A stretch of DNA of 64,000 nucleotides from an uncultured Bacteroidales bacterium. GTDB lineage: Bacteria; Bacteroidota; Bacteroidia; Bacteroidales; VadinHA17. Below are positions 1-8,990 of this stretch, piece by piece. The notes under the pieces are model-generated. The model saw nothing but the letters and a program-made list of their open reading frames with translations, was not told where the DNA came from and ran no database searches. The stretch's first letter is position 1; the number at the start of each line of letters is the position of its first letter. The position numbers were made by a program, and so were the translations under genes. The DNA lies in the NCBI GenBank assembly GCA_963736675.1, contig CAVTPT010000002.1, positions 352,361-416,360 of the forward strand. Direction: 5' to 3'.

Positions 1-232
1 GCTCGGATTTAACTGCCATCTGGCATCGTATGCATACCATATTTTTTATGTACAGTTTCAAAAAAACTAATTTTAAGGTTCAACCTGCTCTTAAAACAAA
101 AATATACAAATTTTTCTGAAAAGTTACATCATTTCACGGATTTGATCCGCTGTTATCTTACCATACAGTGCTTTTACCGTATCTTCGTATTCTTATTATA
201 ATTAACCGTAAAACTCTCAGATAGAGCAAGAT

Positions 233-3219
233 ATGCAAAAACTCATTGCTAAAATATCTTTTCAGGCAGTATCTGCTCTTCAGTCCTGTCATATTATTGC
301 CTTTTACGAATGCTTCGTCACAGGATTATTTTCAGCAGGAAGTAAATTATAAAATTCAGGTGACTCTTAATGACAAAAAACATGAACTGAATGGATATCG
401 AGTCAGTTGAGTATATTAACAATTCTCCCGACACTCTGCGGTTCTTATATTTTCATCTCTGGCCGAATGCATATTCAAACAATAATACTGCATTAGCCAG
501 ACAGGTTTTCGAAATGAAGGGGAAGGCAAAACTGTTCAGAGATCAGGAATTAAAAGGATATATTGATTCACTCGATTTCGCGGCAGACAGCAATCAGGTT
601 CAATGGAACCTGTTACCGGAATCTTCTGATATTTGCATGATCATATCTAAATAATCCCCTTAAGCCTGGCGACACTGTGCTTATAACAACTCCCTTTCAT
701 GTAAAAATTCCAAAAGGAGTCACTTCACGGTTAGGTCATATAGGAGAATCGTATCAGATCTCCCAATGGTATCCCAAACCGGCAGTATATGACAGATCAG
801 GCTGGCATCAGATGCCATATCTCGATCAGGCTGAGTTCTATTCCGAATTTGGCAGTTTTGATGTAAGCATTACTCTGCCTGCTAATTATGTAGTTGGGGC
901 AACAGGTAACCTGCAGAATGAAGAGGAGAAGGAAATGCTTGAAATGTTTTCGACCGATACCTTATGGACCAGAACAAGATACTACGGACCATCTGAGTTC
1001 CCTCCAGTCCTCAGAGAATATGAAAACTCTGCGTTATACAGAGAACAATATCCATGATTTCGCATGGTTTGCCGATAAGAGGTTCAATGTCAGAAAAGGA
1101 ACAGTTAAACTCCCTGATTCGGACAGGGAGGTAACCACCTGGGTAATGTTCACCGATCAGGAAGCCTATCTCTGGAAGAATGCTATCTCATATGTAAATG
1201 ATGCCATATCGGTACTTTTTCAAAATGGATCGGAGAGTATCCTTATAATACTTTTACTGCTGTTCAGAGCGCTCTGAATTCAGGTGCTGGGATGGAGTAT
1301 CCCGGTCTGACAGTTATTGGTCTTGCAGGCGATCCCTACCTTCTGGATCAGGTGATAGCCCATGAGATTTGTCACAGCTGGTTTTACAGTGCAATCGGCT
1401 CCGATGAACGAAGATTCCCTTTTATGGATGAAAGTATTGCCACTGCATATGAATCAAGATATCTGAATGAGAGATATCCTGAAAAAAAACTTTGGGAAAT
1501 TGGATTCAAAAACAGAAAACTGGCCAGGTTTTTCCAGATTGATGATATACCGGTACAACGAATTCAGGAGCTCGAATGGCTTGTTCCGGCCCGCAGGAAC
1601 CTGGAACAACCTCTAAACCTGAGCAGCTATTGATTACAGCTACGATAATTATGGCAGTATAATTTATACAATAAAGCTGCACAGGGATTCAATTATCTGA
1701 GGGCTTATCTTGGAGATTCACTCTTTGATTCCATTATGCACGATTACTTCAGCAAATGGAAAAACAAACATCCCGGACCTGAAGATCTGAGAGCGGTCTT
1801 TGAAACTAATACCACAAAAAATCTCGCTTGGTTCTTTGATGATTTTCTGGGAACAACACAAACGGCTCGATTATAAAATAGTCCGCTATGAGAATCAGAA
1901 ATTGCTTATCAGGAACAAAGGTGAGCTGAATGCTCCCCTGGTCATTAACAGTAACGACAGGAGATTCAATCTCTTCAGAATACTGGGAAGACGGATTTGA
2001 AGGGAAGAAATGGATTGATGTCCCATGGACTGATAATTCGGAAATAATAATCGATCCGGAGCATAGGATGACTGAATTATACAGGCTTAACAACAACATC
2101 CGGACATCAGGTCTTTTCCGAAAAGCTGATCCTTTTCAACTCCGGTTCCTATATACAATTGAGGAGCCTGATAACAGATCTCTGGTTTATATTCCTGCTT
2201 TTGACTGGAACAGCTCCGATGGCTTTATGGCAGGTCTGGTATTAAATAACGGCACATTCATACCCAAACCAGTGGAATATTTTTTCATTCCTTTTTATTC
2301 ATTCCGTAATCAGGGACTTACCGGGTATGGGAGGATATCGTTTAATATAACTCCTTATGACAACCTGATCAGGATTGCAACATTTACACTTGATGGGGAA
2401 CAATTCGGAGCCCCCGGCAATCAGAATTATCAAAAAGCAAGGATAGGATTGGACCTTGGATTCAGACCCCACAATATTATTAACCCGGTATATCATAAGG
2501 TTTTTGGATATTGGCTTACTGCATCGGACCTCCGGCAGATTGAACTTCTGATTCCCGCAAAGATGCGTTCATTCATTCAGTTCGGATACAATCTGGAGAG
2601 ACCCGGAATAATAAATCCCTTTAATCTGTTGGTTTCTTCTGAATCAGGAAAATCGTTTCACAAGACATCGCTTGATTTTAATTATACATTAAGTTACTAT
2701 GGCAGGAAGAGAGGTCTGGGTATCAGATTTTTTGCCGGAGCCATGCTGAAGAATGATTCTGCAAATCCGTTTTATGCATTTTCCGCCAGCGGGAGAAGTG
2801 GCAGTGAACAATATTTATACAGGGGATTATATCCCGACCGTTTCGGTGAGCTTGCAACAAGCTTCTGGTCGCGGCAGATGGACCTGTCTGAAGGAGGATT
2901 GGTATCTCCGGTCAATGATGCCCTTGGATACAGCCGCTGGCTCTTTTCACTCTCTTTAACAAGCAGTTTGCCTGAAAAATTGTCATGGATTCCTGTAAAA
3001 CCTTTTATTAATGTATTGCTTAACGATCATGGCGCTGAAACGACTTATGAATCGCCACTTTTTTTTGAAGCAGGATTTAAGGCTGGGATATGGAACTTCT
3101 TCGAGATATACATTCCCCTGCTTGTTTCTGACAATATTGAATCAATAACCGGATCATTTAAAGACAGGATTCGTTTTGTATTCAAGCTTGATATGCTAAA
3201 TCCTCTCAAATTAAAATGA
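233..3219 (+). pseudogene. M1-family zinc metallopeptidase (aminopeptidase N-like) with a ~430-aa C-terminal extension; reading frame broken at least 6 times
   Basis: ORF pieces 391-654, 677-1057, 894-1277, 1292-1633, 1800-2000 and 1930-3219 lie in different frames but read in order as one protein. An exact HExxH-X18-E gluzincin signature is present (HEICHSWFYSAIGSDERRFPFMDE, from ~1361). The signal-peptide-like N-terminus (KYLFRQYLLFSPVILLPFTNASSQ) appears only after a frame change near the A-run at 236-241. Confidence 0.75.
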
Positions 3220-3318
3220 TCTTTTAAAAACGACTTTGCATTGTCCGGGCCGGGCGGATCTGAGAATTTTTATTAAATGGGTATCGGCTATCAATAATAA
3301 ACCTAAAACATCGATTAT

Positions 3319-3502
3319 GGGATTCCTCGCTTCACTTTGTTTCGCGTCGGAATGACAGGAATGATTTTTGAGAAGCGGGAGGGAAGCAACGGCGATTCAG
3401 GGCAGATGTCATACCTGCATATATGTATGCACGAATCGCCGTTGCTTCCCTCCACCCACTCTTAAAGATTCCTGTCAATCCCGAACGAAGTGAGGGATCT
3501 CC
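3319..3502. repeat. Imperfect ~185-bp palindromic element in the convergent gap between the peptidase and ACR3
   Basis: There is a 21-bp perfect inverted core: GGAGGGAAGCAACGGCGATTC at 3378-3398 against GAATCGCCGTTGCTTCCCTCC at 3433-3453. The outer arms pair imperfectly (ggattcctcgcttcac...ggaatgacaggaat against attcctgtcaatcc...gaagtgagggatc). Related half-motifs (caaagtaaagcg, cgacgaagtaaaag) recur at 3560-3620. Confidence 0.6.
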
Positions 3503-3709
3503 ACCAATTATGGCTGTACATGTAAAAAACCCTCTATTCTCCCGCTTCACCCCTCCGGCTGAAAGTGAATCGCAAGCCCCTGAATCAAAGTAAAGCGGAC
3601 ATCGACGAAGTAAAAGTCAAATTGGGTCTATGTATGATTCCCGATATACATATTTTATTATTTACTGTTTATCAGTAAAATTAAATGTGAAATTGGTTTA
3701 ATGCCAAAA

Positions 3710-4782
3710 TTAAGCCCATACAAATTTCCGCTTAAAATAAAGAGCAACATTAACCAGGCCTATCATTACCGGAACCTCTACCAAAGGGCCGATAACAGCA
3801 GAGAATGCTTCTCCTGAGTTTATCCCGAATACTGCAATCGCAACTGCAATAGCCAGTTCGAAATTATTACTGGCAGCAGTGAAGGACAATGTAGCAGTCT
3901 GCCCATATGTCGCACCAGCTCTTCTGCTCATGAAGAATGAAAACAGAAACATAAACACAAAATATATTATGAGAGGAATTGCAATCAATTAATAACATCC
4001 AGTGGTAATTTAACAATGTATTCACCCTTGAGTGAAAACATTACTATTATGGTGAACAATAGAGCGATAAGCGTAATCGGACTTATTCTGGGAATAAATT
4101 TGGTATTATACCAATCCTTACTCTTAACTCTTATTAAGAAATATCTTGTCAGGAAACCTGCTATAAAAGGTATTCCAAGATATATAAAAACACTCCTGGC
4201 AATTTGTCCTATCGTAATATTTTCAACAACTGAACTTGTCGGTACACCGAACCATCCTGGTAAAATTGCAATAAATACCCAGGCATAAACCGAGAATAAC
4301 AATACCTGGAAGATTGAATTAAAGGCTACCAGTCCTGCACAATATTCTGTGTCTCCTTTAGCCAGGTCGTTCCATACAATAACCATAGCAATACAACGGG
4401 CAAGTCCGATCATAATAATTCCATACATATATGGAAGATTGGCGTTGTCTTTCCCGGGGAAGAGCTTGAAGAATATTATTGCCAATGCAAACATAAGTAC
4501 AGGTCCTATTATCCAGTTCTGCACAAGCGACAGCCCCAGAATCTTAAAATTTCTGAATACACCGCCCAATTCATCATATTTAACTTTTGCCAATGGCGGA
4601 TACATCATCAGAATAAGTCCAATAGCAATGGGAATATTAGTTGTACTTTCAGGAGAAGATTTTAATGAATCCCAGAATGTTGCTATTGACGGGAAAAAGA
4701 ATCCTGAAAATACACCGATAAACATTGCAAGAAAAATCCAAAGTGTCAGATACCTGTCGAGAAATTTTAATCTGGGTTTCAT
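3710..4782 (-). pseudogene. acr3: ACR3-family arsenite efflux transporter with one frameshift
   Basis: The 265-aa piece (3985-4782, [13 protein letters not shown]...) and the 92-aa piece (3710-3988, ...[19 protein letters not shown]...) abut in different frames. The junction LPLDVIN* / IAIPLIIYF needs a 1-nt correction near 3986. Joined, they give a ~355-aa polytopic membrane protein. Confidence 0.85.
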
Positions 4783-4789
4783 CTGGGAT

Positions 4790-4852
4790 AATTTGAAAAT
4801 TTGAAAATGTGTGATACAATTTGAAAATTTGAAAATTTGAAAATTTGAAAAT
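4790..4852 (-). repeat. (ATTTTCAA)n array A1: 2 units, a GTGTGATAC spacer, then 4 units; reads ATTTTCAA on the minus strand
   Basis: Plus strand reads aatttgaaaatttgaaaat-gtgtgatac-aatttgaaaatttgaaaatttgaaaatttgaaaat. The array ends 7 nt upstream of the ACR3 ATG (4780-4782). Confidence 0.9.
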
Positions 4853-4853
4853 G

Positions 4854-5207
4854 CTAATTTGATTTTGAGGAGCTTATGATTTTGGAAAGAATTTTAATTA
4901 ATTCCGTTACAAGGATCAAGAGTTTTTCATCAAAAGGGTAAGCTGGAGTATGCTTACAAATTAACAGCCAATATTCAGTTTCATCGGCTTCCTTGGCTGC
5001 TAATTTTATCTTATGTATAAAATCAACCTTGCTCTCAGCGTTTTGTGCTTCACGTATATTAGCTCCTATTGATGTACCGGATCTCAGCAGTTGCCTTGAA
5101 AAAACATATTTTTTGCTTTCTTCTAATAATTCGCAGTATAAGACTATTTCCAGTGCAAAATGAAACGATTTCTCAACAATTACGTTCTCTTTATCATTCC
5201 TCATCAA
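4854..5207 (-). CDS. Four-helix-bundle protein (23S rRNA intervening-sequence protein / Avd fold family), copy 1
   Basis: 117-aa intact ORF with the family core [42 protein letters not shown]. Confidence 0.8.
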   Translation of the reverse strand: MMRNDKENVIVEKSFHFALEIVLYCELLEESKKYVFSRQLLRSGTSIGANIREAQNAESKVDFIHKIKLAAKEADETEYWLLICKHTPAYPFDEKLLILVTELIKILSKIISSSKSN

Positions 5208-5230
5208 ATCATATATTTAGTGTCTTGATA

Positions 5231-5265
5231 ATTTTCAAATTTTCAAATTCCCAAATTTTCAAATT
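5231..5265 (+). repeat. (ATTTTCAA)n array A2, inverted relative to A1
   Basis: Plus strand reads attttcaaattttcaaattcccaaattttcaaatt, directly between the arsM stop and the start of 4HB copy 1. Confidence 0.9.
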
Positions 5266-6029
5266 AATTAGCTTTCTCAGCATAAACAGTGATACTGAAA
5301 ATTCCGGAACCTGATTCTTTAAAATCCTTTAATTCTTTTTGATCAAGATAATTCTGTAAAGTATCATCAGGGATTGATATGATTTTATCCTTATGTACTT
5401 TGACATTTTCCAAACCGGAATCTTCAATCATTTTCAGATACCTGTCATTTCAATTGCTCCGGAAACACATCCGGCATACATTTCAGCATGCCTGTTGCAT
5501 TTTTTCATGACAGGGTGCCTTTAATAACCACATCTGAGACACGGAAAGATGTCCACCAGGTTTCAGAACCCTGAAAATCTCCTGGAATGCTTTTGCTTTA
5601 TCAGGAACAAGGTTAAGCACACAATTGCTGAAATTACAACATCAGCTGTATTTTCTAACTGGCATATCTTCAATATCCCCAGCACAAATTCAACATTTGT
5701 GAATCCCAGTTTCTCAGTATTTTCTCTTGCTTTTTCTATCATTGCTTCAGTCATATCCAGCACCGGTAACCTTTCCGGTTTCTCCAACTATTGCCCTTGC
5801 AACAAAACAATCATTCCCTGCACCGCTACCAAGGTCAAGAACTGATCACCTTTTTAATATGGGCAAAATCTGTGGGGATTCCGCAACCAAGATTCAGGTC
5901 AGCATCAGGATTATATCCTTTCTGATTTTCATAATTTTCGCTGAATACAGTATAATCAACTCCCGAACAACAGGATGAAGTTCCGCAGCAGGAGGATTGC
6001 TGGTTAGTTCTGCTTTGCAATTTCTCCAT
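5264..6029 (-). pseudogene. arsM: Arsenite S-adenosylmethionine methyltransferase (ArsM-like) with at least 5 frame changes
   Basis: Piece 5835-6029 reads CCGTSSCC...DADLNLGCGIPT and piece 5563-5787 reads LDMTEAMIEKARENTEKLGFTNVEF. Hand translation of the other frames recovers VLDLGSGAGNDCFVARAIVGETGKVTG (SAM motif I), [28 protein letters not shown], and the C-terminus GSGIFSITVYAEKAN*. Confidence 0.75.
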
Positions 6030-6074
6030 ATTTTTCTTTTACAATTTGTTTTAATTCTTCTGATTTCATATAAT

Positions 6075-6173
6075 AATTTGAAAATTTGAAAATGTGTAAT
6101 CAATTTGAAAATTTGAAAATTTGAAAATTTGAAAATGAACTATTTAATTTGAAAATGTGACAATTTGAAAATT
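6075..6173 (-). repeat. (ATTTTCAA)n array A3, same composite layout as A1 plus two extra partial blocks
   Basis: Plus strand reads aatttgaaaatttgaaaat-gtgtaatc-aatttgaaaatttgaaaatttgaaaatttgaaaat-gaactattt-aatttgaaaat-gtgac-aatttgaaaatt. Confidence 0.9.
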
Positions 6174-6189
6174 ATTTTTAAAATAGTTA

Positions 6190-6538
6190 TCAGGACTTTG
6201 AAGAACCAGGAATTTCAGACAAGATCTTAATTAATTCTCCTGGATCATTAATAAGGAGTTCATCAAAGGGATATGAGTTTGAGTTTTTACATAATAATAA
6301 CCAATATTCTGTTTCGTCTGCTTCTTTAGCGGCAAGCTTTATTTTATGAATAAAATCAAGTTTGCTTTCTGCATTCTGTGCCTCCCGCACATTTGCTCCA
6401 ATCGAAGTTCCGGACCTTAATAATTGACGTGATATTACAAACTTCTTATTCTTCTTCTGACAACTCACAGTATTGTACTACTTTAAGTGCAAACCGGAAT
6501 GATTTTTCAACAATGATATTTTCTTTATCATTTCTCAT
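6190..6538 (-). pseudogene. Four-helix-bundle protein, copy 2 (paralog of 4854-5207), with one frameshift
   Basis: The N-terminal frame from the ATG at 6536-6538 reads MRNDKENIIVEKSFRFALKVVQYCELSEEE*. The listed ORF 6190-6468 continues with [52 protein letters not shown] 1-nt shift lies in gaagaagaataagaag. Confidence 0.75.
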
Positions 6539-6557
6539 AAAATTTAATTGCTTTAAC

Positions 6558-6593
6558 AATTTTCAAATTTTCAAATTTTCAAATTTTCAAATT
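6558..6593 (+). repeat. (ATTTTCAA)n array A4, inverted relative to A3
   Basis: Plus strand reads aattttcaaattttcaaattttcaaattttcaaatt. It overlaps the last codons and the stop codon of arsC. Confidence 0.9.
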
Positions 6594-6999
6594 CTTCTCA
6601 TAAAATTTCCGAAACTCATCCCTTATCAGATCTCTGACTCTGCGGAATTCACTCATTATGAATTCTTCTGAACCGGTGGCATTTGACGGATCTTCAAAAC
6701 CTATATGCAACCTATGTTTCACTTTGCCCATGAACAAACGGGCATGTTTCATTTGCATGATCACAAACAGTTATTACATAATCCCATTCTTCGCCAAGGT
6801 ATTGGTCAACAAGCTTGGGAGTGTGATGGCTTATATCAATTCCTGCTTCCTTCATCACCATTACTGCCTTTTGATTTATCTGTTTTGCCGGTTCTGTACC
6901 AGCTGAACGGACAGTGATTTTATCGTCGAAACTCTGCAGGAAGCCATGAGCCATCTGACTGCGGCAGCTGTTACCGGTACAAAGAATCAGGATTTTCAT
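6579..6999 (-). pseudogene. arsC: Arsenate reductase, LMW-PTPase (thioredoxin-coupled) type, with one frameshift
   Basis: MKILILCTGNSCRSQMAHGF carries the CX5R P-loop. The piece ending ...DHANETCPFVHGQSET* continues in another frame as (F)FMGKVKHRLHIGFEDPS. Deleting one nt in cccgtttgttcatg restores CPFFMGKVKH. The likely start is the ATG at 6997-6999, inside listed ORF 6712-7107. Confidence 0.8.
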
Positions 7000-7039
7000 G
7001 TTTCTGAATTTATAATTATTTAAGAAACTATTGATGCTA

Positions 7040-7071
7040 CAAATATAAAAACATTTCGTATATTTGCGAAA
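7040..7071. promoter_or_regulatory. Divergent arsC/arsR promoter-operator region: back-to-back TATATTTG boxes and a TTTCG-N8-CGAAA dyad
   Basis: TATATTTG occurs on the minus strand at 7040-7047 and on the plus strand at 7059-7066; both match the Bacteroidota -7 consensus TAnnTTTG. The dyad TTTCG(7054-7058)-tatatttg-CGAAA(7067-7071) encloses the plus-strand box. Confidence 0.4.
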
Positions 7072-7096
7072 CATCAAAATAAAAATATTCATAATA

Positions 7097-7450
7097 ATGT
7101 CAGGCAAATTGGAATTTACTCATGAAGTGCAGCAAATAGCCAGATTTTCAAAGGCTCTGAGTCACCCGGTAAGAGTATATATTCTTCAGAAACTGTCGAA
7201 GATGAACTCTTGTTGCTACAGCGGAGATCTGGTTGAAGAGCTGCCGGTTGGCAGATCTACTCTTTCACAACATCTGAAGGAGTTGAAATATGCCGGTCTG
7301 ATACAGGGAGAAATTAATCCTCCATATATTAAATATTGTATTAACAGAAAAAACTGGGAAGAAGCGAAACAACTTTTTACTTCATTTCTTAATGAAAGTG
7401 AAACCGCAGAGGTAAACTGTGAAATACACGATAATTCCGGTCACAAATAG
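7097..7450 (+). CDS. arsR: ArsR/SmtB-family metalloregulator (copy 1)
   Basis: ARFSKALSHPVRVYILQKL...CCYSGDLVEELPVGRSTLSQHLKELKYAGLI shows a winged HTH with a Cys pair before the HTH. The ATG at 7097 is preferred over the listed upstream start at 7064. Confidence 0.8.
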   Translation: MSGKLEFTHEVQQIARFSKALSHPVRVYILQKLSKMNSCCYSGDLVEELPVGRSTLSQHLKELKYAGLIQGEINPPYIKYCINRKNWEEAKQLFTSFLNESETAEVNCEIHDNSGHK

Positions 7451-7461
7451 AATAACTACTT

Positions 7462-7497
7462 AATTTTCAAATTAACTCATTTTCAAATTTTCAAATT
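7462..7497 (+). repeat. (ATTTTCAA)n array A5
   Basis: Reads aattttcaaatt-aactc-attttcaaattttcaaatt and ends 6 nt before the ATG at 7504. Confidence 0.85.
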
Positions 7498-7503
7498 AAT
7501 ACC

Positions 7504-7743
7504 ATGGAAATAAAAATCTTAGGCACAGGATGTCCCAAATGCAAAACACTTGAAAAAGTGACACGTGAAGCTGTTGCAGAAACTGGTATTAATGCAACAA
7601 TCGAAAAAGTTGAAGATATCGTTAAAATAATGGAGTACAGTGTAATGCATACACCTGTTCTTGTTATTAACGGGAAGGTCGTTCTCAGCGGCCAGGTACC
7701 AACAGTGAATCAGGTAAAAGAAATACTAATTAAAAATCAATAA
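7504..7743 (+). CDS. Small thioredoxin-fold protein (redox-active disulfide protein 2 type)
   Basis: 79 aa, starting MEIKILGTGCPKCKTLE with an N-terminal CxxC. Confidence 0.75.
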   Translation: MEIKILGTGCPKCKTLEKVTREAVAETGINATIEKVEDIVKIMEYSVMHTPVLVINGKVVLSGQVPTVNQVKEILIKNQ

Positions 7744-7753
7744 ATCAGAAACT

Positions 7754-8200
7754 ATGAAAACTTTCAGATTAATTATTGCCATTTTATTGTTTGCCCCGGT
7801 TATTGCATGTACAGCACAGCCATCAAATAAACAGGCAGAAGCTTCTGACAACAACTCCGATAAAATTGAAGCTTACTACTTTCACTTCACTGCCCGCTGC
7901 ACAACCTGCAAAACAATTGAAGCCAGTGCTAAAGAAAATCTTGAAACTCTTTATCCAAACCAGTTTAAACAGGGATTAATTACGTTTCAGTCTGTTAACC
8001 TTGAAGAAGCACCCAATAAGCCTCTTGCAGATAAACTTGGTGTTTCAGGGCAGACTCTGCTTATTGTAAAAGGTGATAAGAAGATCAACCTTACCAACGA
8101 AGGTTTCATGTATGCAGTTGTCAAACCTGAGAAATTCAAAGAGATAATCAACGAAAAAGTTGATGGTCTCCTGGCTCAGATAACTGTATGGAATTTCTGA
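7754..8200 (+). CDS. Exported thioredoxin-like CxxC protein; possibly ArsF-family, from memory only
   Basis: Signal or lipoprotein N-terminus (LLFAPVIACTAQ) and FTARCTTCKTIE (CxxC). The ORF overlaps the next gene by 13 nt. Confidence 0.5.
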   Translation: MKTFRLIIAILLFAPVIACTAQPSNKQAEASDNNSDKIEAYYFHFTARCTTCKTIEASAKENLETLYPNQFKQGLITFQSVNLEEAPNKPLADKLGVSGQTLLIVKGDKKINLTNEGFMYAVVKPEKFKEIINEKVDGLLAQITVWNF

Positions 8201-8886
8201 CAAATTTATTGGAAAACAGCACAATGCCGTGGCTAACGGCATTGCTGCTGGGTTTAATGACTGCAATAAGTCCCTGTCCGCTTGCCACAAACATTACTGC
8301 AATCGGATTTATAAGCAAAGACATTGAAAACCGCAACAGGGTATTCATTAATGGACTGGTCTATACTCTTGGCAGGGCAATCACTTATACTGCAATCGCA
8401 TTAATAATCTTCCTCGGAGCTGACCAGCTGAAGTTTGGAGGATTCTTTCAACGCTATGGTGAAAAGATTGTTGGTCCGTTGCTGATCTTAATAGGGTTAT
8501 TCATGCTCGATATAATCAAAATAAAATTCCCGGGATTTAACAGACTGACATCAGGGATGCAGGATAAAAAGAAATGGGGGTATTTTGATGCATTACTGCT
8601 TGGTTTGCTTTTTGCCCTTGCATTCTGCCCGTACAGCGGCGTACTTTATTTCGGGATGCTTGTTCCCCTTACTGTTTCAAGTGCCTCCGGACTTTACCTC
8701 CCGGTCATCTTTGCAGTGGCAACGGGAATTCCGGTGATAATTATAGCATGGGTACTTGCTTATACAGTTTCCGGGATCGGTAATGTCTATAACAAGATCA
8801 AATCATTTGAACTCTGGTTCAGACGGATCATAGCTGTTCTGTTTATTGCTGTCGGGATTTATTATATAATAAGGGTTTATCTGTAA
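8188..8886 (+). CDS. DsbD/CcdA-fold polytopic membrane protein; candidate thiol-disulfide transducer or ArsG-type permease
   Basis: About 6 TM segments, with Cys-Pro motifs inside TM segments (AISPCPLATN and FCPYSGVLYF). Confidence 0.55.
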   Translation: MEFLTNLLENSTMPWLTALLLGLMTAISPCPLATNITAIGFISKDIENRNRVFINGLVYTLGRAITYTAIALIIFLGADQLKFGGFFQRYGEKIVGPLLILIGLFMLDIIKIKFPGFNRLTSGMQDKKKWGYFDALLLGLLFALAFCPYSGVLYFGMLVPLTVSSASGLYLPVIFAVATGIPVIIIAWVLAYTVSGIGNVYNKIKSFELWFRRIIAVLFIAVGIYYIIRVYL

Positions 8887-8902
8887 TTTTTTTAATAAAA
8901 TG

Positions 8903-8920
8903 TTTCGTTATTTCACGAAA
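8903..8920. promoter_or_regulatory. Second TTTCG-N8-CGAAA dyad, operon-internal
   Basis: TTTCG-ttatttca-CGAAA, overlapping a second dyad gttatttc-ac-gaaataac. It lies between the DsbD-like gene and array A6. Confidence 0.35.
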
Positions 8921-8933
8921 TAACATCACTGAC

Positions 8934-8987
8934 ATTTCAAATTTCAAATTACATTTTCAAATTATCTCATTTTCAAATTTTCAAATT
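8934..8987 (+). repeat. (ATTTTCAA)n array A6
   Basis: Reads atttcaaatttcaaatt-ac-attttcaaatt-atctc-attttcaaattttcaaatt and ends 3 nt before the ATG at 8991. Confidence 0.85.
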
Positions 8988-8990
8988 AAA

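Noticed and set aside
3332-3550. A 72-aa minus-strand ORF.
   Set aside because: It lies entirely inside the palindromic repeat element. Its sequence is dictated by the inverted arms and no coding signal is apparent.
4016-4804. Antisense ORFs inside ACR3. Similar shadow ORFs occur at 9718-10125, 14645-14980, 24355-24795, 35976-36494, 37277-37804, 51776-52401 and 61175-61634.
   Set aside because: Each overlaps, on the opposite strand, a long ORF with clear family motifs, and none has recognisable motifs of its own.
4854-6538. The four-helix-bundle genes could be Avd subunits of a diversity-generating retroelement.
   Set aside because: No reverse transcriptase ORF and no template/variable repeat pair were recognised in the window. 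Only the fold-family relationship remains.
4790-8987. The repeated short units could be a CRISPR array.
   Set aside because: The units are 8 nt and tandem, with no 25-40-nt repeats, no unique spacers and no cas genes. They are microsatellite-like arrays.
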